A stretch of DNA of 63,699 bases, counting the filler, from Octopus bimaculoides (taxonomy: Eukaryota), in the NCBI RefSeq assembly GCF_001194135.2. It is 6 parts of 6 records of this genome, joined end to end, with 100 filler letters (N's around TTAATTAATTAA, not from the genome) between each part and the next. Parts side by side here need not be neighbours in the genome. Positions count along the whole stretch, not along the records: positions 41,417 to 47,679 come from NC_068984.1; positions 47,780 to 56,562 come from NC_068982.1; 4 more parts are not named here. The stretch is one strand, 5' to 3'. The translations under genes were made by a program, and so were the position numbers. This document shows positions 42,791-54,271 of this stretch, one piece after another. The notes under the pieces were generated by a model, which saw nothing but the letters and a program-made list of their open reading frames with translations, was not told the DNA's origin and ran no database searches. The stretch's first letter is position 1; each line of letters begins with the position of its first letter.

Positions 42791-42829
<39 letters not shown>

Positions 42830-43927
42830 ATCATCACCATCGTTGTTTTAATGTCCACCTTTCCATGCCTGCATGGATCAGATGGAATTTACTGAAGCAG
42901 ATTTTCGACATCCCCTTCTACCACTGACACTTATTTCCAAGCAAGGTCATATTTCCCATGGTTAGACATGTTTACACAGAATATCGGGAATGAATGACAC
43001 TGCTGTTATACCAGTTGTGACACTCATTTGCAACAATCACATGATGTCGAGATAAGGAGACACAAACATGCTCACACCCTCCTAGAAATGCATACACACA
43101 CACACCATCATCATCATCAGCATCATTCAACAACTGTTTTCCATGCTAGCATGGGTTGGATGGCTTGACAGGAATTAGCATGGCCAGGAGCCACACCAGT
43201 CCCCATTGTCTGTTTTGACTTGGTTTCTATGGCTGGATGCCCTTCCTAACACCACACACATAAATAGATGTACACATATATACATGTATATGCATGCACT
43301 CACACACACAGACACACAGATAAACAGATGTACACATATATACATGTATATGCATGCGCACACACACACACACACACATACACACACATACACATTCAGC
43401 TTCTCTCAGTTTCTGTGTACCAAATCCACTTAAGATTTTGGTTGGCCTTATGTCATCAAGAATATGGAGGGGAAAAAAAAAACCATGGAAATATTTCCTT
43501 TTCAACATTGTTACAGAAGAAATAAAAGAATTGGGAGCATATGGCAAACATCTGTAGCTAATAATACTCAAAGATATTTAGCTTGATACTTTACATTTTT
43601 ATATTCAATTCTCACCAGGGTTAGGCTTTGCTTTCGTTATTCCCTTCTAAAGTCAATAAGATAACTACTGGTAATATATTGGATAGATCCCCTCCTTCAA
43701 AGAACTAGGTCTGCAAGAAAACAAAAAGGTATATTTTCTGCATACAAGCAATTCCAAATAAAATTCTAGAGAACAAAACAGATTTTTTTTTTAAGCTACT
43801 TTAAAGGGTTTTTATTTATTCTAAACTGACTAACATACACAGTCGGTGAAAGGAGCAGAAACATTTCATTTATTTTACTGTAGTTACTTTGTCACGAACA
43901 ATATAAACTTGAAAACATATATATGAT

Positions 43928-44173
43928 CATTTACTCTTTTACTCTCTTTTTACTCTTTTACTTGTTTCAGTCATTTGACTGCGGCCATGCTGGAGCACCG
44001 CCTTTGGTCGAGCAAATCGACCCCAGGACTTATTCTTTGGAAGCCTAGTACTTATTCTATCGATCTCTTTTGCCAAACCGCTAAGTTACGGGGACGTAAA
44101 CACACCACCATCGGTTGCCAAGCGATGTTNNNNNNNNNNNNGGGGGGGGGGGGACAAACACAGGCACAAACAT

Positions 44174-44206
<33 letters not shown>

Positions 44207-44374
44207 CACGACGGGCTTCTTTCAGTTTCCGTCTACCAAATCCACTCACAAGGCTTTGGTCGGCCTGAGGTTATAGTAGAAGACACTTGCCCAAGGTTCC
44301 ATGCAGTGGGAATGAACCCACAACCATGTGCTTGGTAAGCAAGCTACTTACCACACAGCCACTCCTGCGCCTAT
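43928..44374 (-). mobile_element. Near full-length octopus-type SINE (family A) with internal (CA)n and (AAAAGAGT)n-like tail
   Basis: Head ggctgtgtggtaag...cccactgc...ccttgggcaagtgtcttc. Shares long blocks with the copies at 23220, 27270, 53176 and 53999. Confidence 0.85.
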
Positions 44375-47300
44375 CAATAATAATTAATAAAAAAGAAATT
44401 GTTGTTGTCATTTAGCCCTAGTTCAGATCTGCTGAAGCAGACTTTTCATGAATATTTCAGCTGTGACTGTTTTATCACTTTTTTTTTCACCATATCCCAT
44501 ACATAACTAAAATTATGTTAAAGCAATGGGCATGCAGTTTAATGGAAATTTGGTTGCTACTTCTAGCATGCTGAGAAGGTGCCTAAAGGATTTCTCATTG
44601 ACTCCATTAAAAAGATTTATCTGTGGAAGTTGAATCCAAGGGGCAAAATAAATCACAATGGTTACAAAAGTCTCATGTGGAGGTGCATGGCTTAGTGGTT
44701 AGGATTTTGGACTCGTGATTATAAGATTGTTTTCAACTCCTGAACTAGGCAATGTGTTGTGTTCTTGAGCAAAACATTTCATTTTCACATTGCTCCAGTC
44801 AACTCAACCAATAAAAATGAGTAATTCTGCAATGGACCAAGCATCCCATCAAGGGAGAACTATATACACCAGAGAAACTGGGAATATGGCCCTACGGAGT
44901 AATGATGACTAACTATAACCACCAAAGCATCATATTCTAATAGAGTCAACATCATACGCTTAGCTTCTTGTAGCAATGCTTCTATGTATATAAATCAAAG
45001 CTGTTTATCAAAGTTGCATGTGTGTGTGTGCTCACGCGCATATACACACACTCAATCTATGTATCTGTAAACTTCAGTGTACAGACTACCTTAAAACATT
45101 CTATAATTACAATACATGCATCTCACACCTGCCGAATTGTTTCAGCACTGGATGATCTCACGCCCCTATTCCACTCTGAATTGTAATCCATCAACAAAGA
45201 AACAAAAGAAAATATAGGAATTAAATCTTGAAATACAACATTGCTCTTGGTTATTTTTTATGATTAACAAATCATTAATTAATAAAACAGTGTCGAGAGT
45301 TGTGGTTGAAAATATAGGTTTGTTGTTGCTGTTATTGCTGCTACATTAAGAATTCTGATTACCGAATATTCCGATTCCTGAATCTGCATATAGTATAGTG
45401 TAACATGATTGTGCTAACAATTAAATTTGCAAGAGTTGTTGACCTGTTATTTGTATGCAGAGAGCAATTTAATTACAAGTAGGCAAGTATGCATGCGAAG
45501 ATATTTCAATTAAGAACATTTATAGATGCCATATTACTATTAATTAAAATTAAAAGTTAACTGCCAGTAAACCTGAACAGAAATAAGTTACACAGCAGTC
45601 AAAGAATTAGATCTGTTTATTATTCATTGTAAAAAGTTTTTAAGATTTTCCATACTGCTTCTATAAATGGAAAATTATTTGAAATGAATATTGAAATACT
45701 AGAATTTTACCTGTCATATGGTGGATAACTTTGGAAGTATACTTTTGCCACTGTAGGTAATATTAAGAAATATGGCATACATGCCATAATTATAATAGGA
45801 ACATATGTATCAAACTTAAAGCTTAAATAACTGCTGTATTTGTCTATCCCAAAGTGAACACCACAGTTAATTAAGCTTTTAATGATGTATCTGCTTTAAA
45901 TATGATATACAGATTTCTGTTTTAAACTAATACTGCTTCTGCTACATATAACGAATTACCATAATTTATAATTTGGTTTTTATCAAATTTTTTAGTGCTT
46001 GTAGAAAATAAGAAAATAAATACCAATTTTCAGAAGAAAATGTTTATTACCCTAAAACAAAATTAAATAAAACAAATTTCTTATGTATCTTCTCCCATAA
46101 CAACTCTTACTCTTTCTCCTCTTCTTTGTCTCTATGCTTCTTTTTCTCAGTGTGTGTGTGTGTGTGCACGCATGTGTAGTGTTCCATTATTCATTGCCTG
46201 CCATCAAGCCTAGTATGATCATTCAGCCTGCACACGTTAACTCTCTCCCCCTCTCTCTATAATAAAGTGTGACGGCAGAACTCAACCAACCAACCAACCA
46301 GCATTTATATCGGTTAATATTATATTATATAGAGATATATGAACCACTAGAATTTTAACGACATTGCAGCTGTGTCTTAATGGAGAGATAGGGAGAGAGA
46401 AGAAGAAAAAAAAGTACAGTGAATGATTTAAGTGAATATTCTTTATTGGTAACCAATGAAGAACAAAATAAAACTCTACCAAGTTGGCAAAATGTCAGAT
46501 TCCGGAGCAGGGAGGTGAAATTTAATACAATATAGAAGATAAGATTTCACACTTCACTTCATTTTGTTTCACTGTGAAAGCAATCTTTGGTCTCTCTCAC
46601 CTAAGATTGATACACAAACTGAAACAACTATTCATTATTTGCTATCAGATAGAAATGTATTCTAACCCATCGCTGTCACAAAAGCTTGAAGGTGCCTTTA
46701 TGTGGTTACAGAACCTGCTAGAAATAGCAGCTAGATTTCCCTCAAATCACACAGGAGACATTGGGTGATGGAGTCTAAAGTACACTACAAACTTGACTCA
46801 GACATAAGTCTGTCACGAGTCCAAGGACTCGTGAGACTGGAGCTCAACCCAGTTTCTACACCATATAAATGACTGAGATATCAACACCTGACCCTTCCTG
46901 AATGGGACATTGGGCCATAGCAGGATTCACTTCCTGGTTATTGCTGGGACCCATTTTCATAGCTGAGTAGACTGGAGCAACATGAAATGAAGTGTTTTGG
47001 TCAAGTGCTCAATGCATCACCTAGTCTGGAAACTGAACCTATAATCTTACGACCATGGATGCAACACCCAAACCACAAAGCCATGCACCATCACATGGTA
47101 CACAATACCAGAGAAAAAGTTTTAAAAGGGATGGGTATGATGCTTATGGCTTTGATTGCAGGTCAGCTCAGTTAAGGCTAACCTAGTTAGTGCAAAACAC
47201 AAACACAGTAACAATAAAAAAACATATTCTAAAATAAATAAATGAACAAATGAATGAATAAATAAATAACCTACAACATGCTATCAATGGCACAGCCCCC

Positions 47301-47679
47301 ATACTCTGCTGATCAACAAATAAATAAAAGCACAGATAAAATTAATCAGCTTTTCAGATTATTCTCTTTACAGCTGGTCTATGAAGCATAAAAAAAATAA
47401 AAAAATGAAATACTGACTAAATTTAACAATGGCATAATATGATTCTTCCTTAGTTTTAATTGGTAAGTCTTGGTTTTATTAATTATGTTCTCAGAAACAC
47501 ACACACACACACACACACTAGCTGTAATGAAGTAAGGAATCAGAGTGCTGAATTTCACAGCTTAAATAGCTTATATTCCAGTACAGTTGCCATGTCTTGG
47601 ACAACATCTTGCTTGAGACTTTGTGGCTAATGAACCAATCAATGTACATTCCCTGCAAATGAATGAGATTATATATATA

Positions 47680-47779
47680 NNNNNNNNNNNNNNNNNNNNN
47701 NNNNNNNNNNNNNNNNNNNNNNNTTAATTAATTAANNNNNNNNNNNNNNNNNNNNNNNNNNNNNNNNNNNNNNNNNNNN
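47680..47779. other. Synthetic contig join
   Basis: 44N + TTAATTAATTAA + 44N. Confidence 0.95.
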
Positions 47780-47853
47780 GAAACAGAGGAAAATAGAGAG
47801 AAACAGAGGAAAATAGAGAGAAACAGAGGAAAATAGAGAGAAACAGAGGAAAA
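47780..47853. repeat. 20-bp minisatellite (GAAACAGAGGAAAATAGAGA) x about 3.7
   Basis: Direct reading of the sequence. Confidence 0.9.
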
Positions 47854-47926
47854 GAGAAAGAGCGACACAGACAGACTACTAATTATATTAAAAGATAATT
47901 CAACAGGTAAAAAAGAAAATTCATAC

Positions 47927-48010
47927 TCTTCGGAATCTTTTCACATCGTTGGAGAATCACGTGACCAATAGTACCCCCGAATCCAAAACAATTGATACCA
48001 ATTTTTCCAC
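47927..48010 (-). CDS. Ketosynthase C-terminal exon: (S)GKIGINCFGFGGTIGHVILQRCEKIPK
   Basis: Acceptor ttttgtattacag|GT and donor AAGA|gtatga; 84 nt, phase 1 to 1. Matches the KS C-terminal signature GNVGINSFGFGGSNVHIIL of FASN. Confidence 0.9.
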
Positions 48011-48623
48011 CTGTAATACAAAACGGTGCCAAAGTTAAGTATTTGGATGCGAGAGTGAAGAAAGCAAGTTGTAAGCAATCCGGCGTTTTCCTGAATAAAT
48101 TAACGATTCAAATGAGACTTATTTAATGGTCAAATTTTTCATACAGTATTTCTAATTAACTCGGATGAAAGATCTTATTCTGTTTTAGGATATTAAGGAC
48201 ATCAAAGACAAAATGGCACCCAGTTCTAACAACTGGTAAAATTTTACTATTTACCCGCCTCACAAAACGGGTGTAATCTCCCACTGGTGGACTTTCTGGC
48301 TTCCTCCTGTGAAACAAAATTTTGTCCAAACTATTTTTGTTTTCATTTGCTCCCACCGCCATTTCGTGCCTTTTTCCGTTGAATCTTTTCCATAAGTATT
48401 TCCATGGTCGTTGTTCTGATGATCTTTCTGGTTAAATATAATCCAGTTCTATATTTAAGAGATGAGGAATTATGTACATTATTTACATTTGACGGATAAT
48501 TGTCCTCATCTTGTTTGTTGTTAACAAGATGAGGACAAGCAGTGACCTGAATATAATAACAATAATAATAATAGTATTGTCAGATACTTTAGGAATGAGA
48601 ACCCAGGTTTGAAATTTCCTCAA

Positions 48624-48669
48624 GACACTTGATGAAGGCTGGCGGGTATATCAGCCGAAACGTTGTGTT
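48624..48669 (+). ncRNA. Minimal type I hammerhead-like motif (Penelope-type), with C3 changed to U
   Basis: gacac-TTGATGA-a-ggctg(loop)cagcc-GAAA-cgtt-gtgtt. Confidence 0.5.
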
Positions 48670-48984
48670 AACAAACAAGATGAGGACAAATATCCGTCAA
48701 ATGTAAATAATGTAAATATAATGTTAAGACCTTTAAACGTATCGCTAGCTTCAGTTTCTCGGTACATCGCTTCTCTGTTGAGTTGCTTCTTAGCCGTAAG
48801 TCTTTTTACTCCAATAGCTCTTTTCCTCGAACCGCTGCTATCAGGAACTCACTACTATCATCTTGTTTTCCTCTGGTCTCTGATATTCAGTCTTAAGCTT
48901 TCTGTCAATCGACAGATTTTAAAAAAATGTTGGCCCCTTCGTTTCCTTTTTTTTTTTGTAGTCCCTTATGTCACGGCAGCCTCA

Positions 48985-49260
48985 ATCCTTGTTTGGAAAA
49001 CATTCGTAAGAAAGCGTGAAAGAGATCTTGGAAAATCTCGCTCCCACATTTGGAATTGAAAGCTATACCAACCCCCGATCTGAACGGCTTGGGTTTCGGG
49101 AGTCCACGACATTTCAACATTCTGGCAAACATCTTCAGAGATTTGTGAGGTGTAGATGTGGAGGTCTTCAAAGAGCGCCTGGGCAAGAACCTACATCGCG
49201 GCAAGAGGTACAAAGAAGAACAGTTTTGTCCAACTCACTGCTTCCCCAGGAAGAGTCCAG
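48985..49260 (+). mobile_element. CR1-like LINE 3' fragment
   Basis: ILENLAPTFGIESYTN...SPRHFNILANIFRDL*GVDVEVFKERL...SNSLLPQ matches the recalled C-terminus GPRLFNILP...FKxxLDxxL...SNSLL. Frameshifted. Confidence 0.7.
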
Positions 49261-50044
49261 AAAAGAAAACAAACCACACTGAAGAGAGATGCTCCAGAAG
49301 ACGATAGAAAATATTGCATTCGTCTCAAGACGGTTGTAATTGTAATAAACGTACCCAATAACTTCTTAGCTTACATATTGTAGTTGATGAACAATAGTAT
49401 CGTTTGTGAGAGGTTGTCAATGGATCAATCACTGGGTTTCTGTATTTCTGTTAGTGAGAACGCCAGGGAGTGTTTGAAATTTTGTGCAGAACAAATATTG
49501 TAAGAGATTTTGTTTCGAAGATGCAGGTTTTTCGATTTCTCGTCAAAGTTTATATCTTATAAGAGGAACTCTATAATACACATGAAGGGCTTTTGCAGTT
49601 TCCTTCTACCAGACTATCGATCAACTCAGGGCCACGGTAGAAGGCACTTTCTCAAGAAGTCATTCAATGGAATTGAACTCAGAACTACGTGATTGCGAAA
49701 TGAATTTAACCACGGAGCCGTAGCAGTGCGCAGGGTAACTGGTAGCTGGGTGGGAGGAATTTCTACCCCTAAATAACTGGCTTTAATTGTTGCGTTCTCT
49801 CTGGAAAAGCTGTGTTTTAATTAAATGGTAATAAATGGCCCATTCTGAATACAAACATTAATTGATGCCCTTCTGCTCATCCTTTCTCTATAAGAGAGAA
49901 AAGAAAACAACAACAACAACGAAGGAGCAAAGAAATCTGTCAAACATTATATGAAAGTAATTAGCATTACGTAAGCAGCTGGAAAAAATATGTAAATGCA
50001 TTTAGTTATGGAAGTTCACCACGGTTTATCCATGTAAAAAAACG

Positions 50045-50407
50045 TCGTCGTGGCACTCCATCGGTTACGACGACGAAGGTTCCAGTTGATCCGATCATCG
50101 GAACAGCCGGCTCGTGAAATTAACGTGCAAGTGGCTGAGCACTCCAGACACGTGTGTCCTTAGCGTAGTTCTCGGGGAGATTCAGCGTGACAAGGCTGGC
50201 CCTTTGAAATACAGGTACGACAGAAACAAGAAGAGAGAAAGCTGAAGTGAAAGAGTACAGCAGGGTTCATCACCACTCCCTGCCGGAGCCTCGTGGGGCT
50301 TTAGGTGTTTTCGCTCCATAAACACTCACAACGGCCGGTCTGGGAATCGAAACTACGATCTTATGACCGCGAGTCCGCTGCCCTAACCAATGGGCCATTG
50401 CGCCTCC
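50045..50407 (-). mobile_element. tRNA-headed SINE (family D)
   Basis: Minus-strand head ggaggcgcaatggcccattggttagggcagcggactcgcggtc...tttcgattcccagacc with A- and B-box-like motifs. Confidence 0.75.
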
Positions 50408-52349
50408 NNNNNNNNNNNNNNNNNNNNNNNNNNNNNNNNNNNNNNNNNNNNNNNNNNNNNNNNNNNNNNNNNNNNNNNNNNNNNNNNNNNNNNNNNNNNN
50501 NNNNNNNNNNNNNNNNNNNNNNNNNNNNNNNNNNNNNNNNNNNNNNNNNNNNNNNNNNNNNNNNNNNNNNNNNNNNNNNNNNNNNNNNNNNNNNNNNNAT
50601 ACACATACATACATACATACATACATACACATACGATTGGAACATTTTTTTAATCATTGGCCAATTCAGTTAAGAACCACTTGGAGCTGAACAATGTAAT
50701 CCCCTCTTCTCGAAGACAAAAGGTTCACACGTTCTCGACGCGGATTCAGTCAGATATTTTCTGTGGATATTAGGCTGAAACAATTTTTGTCTCGAAAAAT
50801 TATAAACCCCTGCTAATCGTCCGTTGCCCTCAACAGTGCTAGACTACCAAATCCCACCTAATCGTACATTACCGTCAAAAATCCCAGATTACCAAATCCT
50901 CAGTGAAAGACTGGAGGGAGACATCGGGACCGGAAGCAAGGAGAAGTGACGTCAAGAAGCGAAGCATTTGAACAGTTTCTTCAATCGAGGGGAACAGTCG
51001 TGTGGAAAGGATTTCCGAGGGAGTGTAGTTTCTAGTCAGAGGTTGTCGTAGTATACACGTGTAGGCACGACCGACAAGGTCTGCTTGTCCTTGTGAAGCA
51101 GAAGCTGGATACACTGTTCTGATTTCGTCTCGCGCTATGAGCGTCTTTCCTTTTGCCTTTCCTTCTACGTTCCCCTAATCTGTCCCTTGCTCTCAACCAT
51201 ACCAGATTACCAAGACCTCACGCCCTTATTTGTCTTCAATAATCCCTTGTTTGGATGAGAAGACTTCGTACTACAGACATGAAATAAAAAGCGCACAGAG
51301 ACAGCTATCCGCTCGTAGTTTGTCAGTGATAATTCTCATATCGATTAAAAACATTCTTTTTAGTTTTATGGAGCCACAACAGCTGGCGGTGAAAGCAATA
51401 AACTAAAGCCGAATACTTTATTTGTTTAATCACAATCGCCCCGGGAAATGAAAGTTAGGTTTTTGTAGACTAAGCTAGGCAAAGGTCAGCTTCAACTGAA
51501 TTGAATTAAGTTTCACAACGTAAGGCAAATCTTTCTGCAGATCTAAGAATTATAAATAAATACGTAGTCAGTTAATTCACAAAAGATGTTGGTAGCCGAA
51601 GAAACTGGTGATCATAAGACCGTTTTCGCAGTATTATAAGCCTTTGGGTAAAACAATACACTGGGGGGGCCTATAGTATTTATTATGTATATGTGTTGTA
51701 GATAGAAAGCTACAGCGTATATACATAAGAATTAGGCTCCTCAGTCCGTGGGGACTCCACTGCACTGGAGCTTATAGTATTTATTGGTAATGGAATATAA
51801 GATCGATGAAAATAAACATTTATTTTGGTGCCGTTCTCTCATCTGCTGTTGAAATTAAATAATTACCACCATCAGACAAAATATCATGTGGAATTTACTC
51901 CATTACTTTTCTCAGCTAAAATCTACCCGGAATGGTTTAGTTTTAAAATATCTACCTATGTATCATAGTTAAAGTATATACACCATTGGAAAGCATAGAA
52001 CTGTGGTTTTCGCCCGAGAAAAAAATCTCTTCATAGATATACTGTGTTAAAAATATTAGAACGCGGCTAACATCGTCCAAGCAGTGAATCACAAGAGGGG
52101 CCGGACGCGTTTCGGCCTACTTGGACCAGAGGGGCGAATCATTCAGTTACTATGACTATCAAATCGTCATTGTCTCAGACCATCGACAGCTGTTTCTTCG
52201 CTATCGATTGACATAATTTCCTGTCTTCAAGACAAAAGTAATCGATAAATATCTAACAGCTAATCAATTATAAACAGCTGATTATAAATCAGTTGTCTCC
52301 AACAGAATTATAAAACAAAAACGTAAAAGAGGTTTCGAGTTTCACTTAC

Positions 52350-52493
52350 TTGGTAATTTGGTCGGTTCCGTTACAATCTTTAACTGATGCTTCATTATTT
52401 CAGCAATTTCTGGAATTGGTTGGTTGTAGCAGACATTTGGAGGAATTATACTATGTTGTATGGACATCACACATTTCAGCAAACTCACCAAAC
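52350..52493 (-). CDS. Ketosynthase exon: (G)LVSLLKCVMSIQHSIIPPNVCYNQPIPEIAEIMKHQLKIVTEPTKLP(S)
   Basis: Acceptor tttcttggttccgtttaag|GT and donor CCAA|gtaagt; 144 nt, phase 1 to 1. Matches FASN [46 protein letters not shown]. Absent from the ORF track and found by manual translation. Confidence 0.9.
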
Positions 52494-52749
52494 CTTAAAC
52501 GGAACCAAGAAATTACTTATGAAGAATAGCAAGCCACTAGGCCAAGCTACAGGTTGTTCAAAAGGCTCCTCATTGCAAAATAAATATTTATAAGATGGTA
52601 TAAGACTACAAAAGAATATATTAGACTTTACAAGACTTTAAATAACTTTATAAGAGGTGTTGAAAGTATCGTACTTCGCTTTGAATACATAAGTTGACTC
52701 TTCAACACAGGTTTTGAAATACATTTTGGAGAGTCTGATGCATCTTGGA

Positions 52750-53040
52750 GAGTCTGACGCGGTATGGACCGTGTGAAGGTTATGATTGCATCTTTTAGCT
52801 CATTAATGGTTTTCGAGCGATTCTTGTACACTGATCCTTTACTTGCTCCCCAGGAAAAAAAGTCTGGCGGTGTTAAATCAGGTGATCTTGGTGGCCAAAG
52901 TCCCTTCGAAATAATCCGTTCACCAAGAAACTCTTGAAGTAGCGCCATGGTGATGCATGAAATATGTGCTGTAGCTCCATCTTGCTGAAAGTATGTATTA
53001 CTAATTTCACATTCAGTGAGTTGGCCTAGAAATGGAGAGA
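52750..53040 (-). mobile_element. Tc1/mariner transposase fragment (rosa/DD41D-like motifs) in an intron of the KS gene
   Basis: YFQQDGATAH...WPPRSPDLTPPDFFSWG...VYKN...TINELKDAI. No TIRs recognised. Confidence 0.85.
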
Positions 53041-53175
53041 GACAATATTTGAGCAATCTGCGGAGAGACTTTTTGAACACTTTCTGCAAATTTATTGAGT
53101 CCATTTAATTTGCCCATAAACGCCGGGTTCTCAGAGAAATTCATTGGGTTCCCTCGCCCCCATTTATTTTAATCC

Positions 53176-53548
53176 TACTCAGTGTTACCTACTTGTTTTA
53201 GTCAGAATGCGGCCATGCTGGAGCACAGCCTTTAATAATTTAAGCCAAACGAATCGACCTCAGTACTTTTTTCCATTTAAGCCTCGTACTTATTCTATCA
53301 GTTACTTTTGCCGAATCGCTAAGTTACAGGGACCTAAACGTAACAGCACAGGTTGTCAAGCGGTAGTGTAGAACAAATACTGACACACACACACACACAC
53401 ACACACACATTTGTTTCCGCCTACCAAATCCACTCACAAAGCTTTGGTCAATCCGAGGTGAAAGACACTTAACCAAGGTGCCGTACAATGGGACCGAACC
53501 TAAAACCATGTTGTTGGGTAGCGAACTTCTTACCACACAGCCACCTCC
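53176..53548 (-). mobile_element. SINE family A copy
   Basis: gcggccatgctggagcac...ccaaatccactcacaaagctttgg...cttcttaccacacagcc. Confidence 0.8.
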
Positions 53549-53818
53549 GCAGTGTAAATCATGTAAATTAATAGGAAAAATGTTTTAAATCAATGTTTTG
53601 CGATTGTTTTTCTTTGTTTTTGTAACTTTATTTCTTCCCCTACAACTTGTTTATAGTTTTTGAAATTTGAATAGATTTTACTTCATTTCAAACGCATGAC
53701 GAAGAAGCGCCAAGTACAAAACAGAAAAGAACACAACAACAAGAACACCGATTCATCTGAGAACCAAATATATTGGAAGCGTGGACGAGAATTTTTGAAA
53801 GTCGGAACGTCATCTCAC

Positions 53819-53933
53819 CTGAACAAGCTTCTGTGTGTCCAAGATTACTTTTGCAAGAACCAACAAGTAAAGGCGACGTTCGGTTTTTGCAGAATACCTC
53901 AGCGAGTGCAGAGACTTCCATTGCATCATTGAC
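53819..53933 (-). CDS. Ketosynthase exon: VNDAMEVSALAEVFCKNRTSPLLVGSCKSNLGHTEACS(G)
   Basis: Long polypyrimidine tract ttttttctttttgttag|GTC and donor TCAG|gtgaga; 115 nt, phase 0 to 1. Matches FASN [39 protein letters not shown], including the KSNxGH motif. Confidence 0.93.
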
Positions 53934-53998
53934 CTAACAAAAAGAAAAAAGAAAAAAGTCTCCATTGACCTTGAAAATAAAAAGTAAATAAGTGCAGG

Positions 53999-54165
53999 AG
54001 TGGCTGTGTGGCAAGAAGTTTGCTTCCCAACAACATGGTTCCGGGTTCAGTCCCACTGCGTGGAACCTTGGGCAAGTGCCTTCTATAACCTCGGGCCAAC
54101 CAAAGCATTGTGCGTAAATTTGGTTGACGGAAACTGAAAGAAGCCCGTCGTTTGTGTATAGATGT
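53999..54165 (+). mobile_element. SINE family A 5' half
   Basis: ggctgtgtggcaagaagtttgcttccc...gacggaaactgaaagaagcccgtcg. Confidence 0.8.
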
Positions 54166-54271
54166 GTGTGTGTCTAATATATATGCGCGTGCGTGCGTGC
54201 GTGCGTGCGTAATATATATGTATGCATATATATGTATGTGTAATTTATATATTATATAATTGTACCATTGT

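Noticed and set aside
43616-43710. Strong minus-strand AG/GT pair
   Set aside because: All three frames contain stops, so it is at most a UTR exon and is unsupported.
45134-45185. Possible 47-nt exon (WNRGVRSSSAETIRQ) as the KS-AT linker
   Set aside because: It has no convincing similarity to FAS linkers, lies across a synthetic join, and has a weak donor.
47955-47970. TCACGTGACCAAT read as an E-box plus CCAAT promoter
   Set aside because: It lies inside the KS exon (codons for IGHVI), which explains it.
48156-48362. ORF MAVGANENK... as a first exon, or EEARKSTSGRLHPFCEAG as a KS exon
   Set aside because: The exons at 52350 and 48010 already join colinearly with FASN without it, and the resemblance to the SPxGxCxxFD motif is weak and out of order.
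49275-49340. Hammerhead at cacactgaagagag...gtctcaagacgg
   Set aside because: The GAAA core is missing and stems I and III are not consistent.
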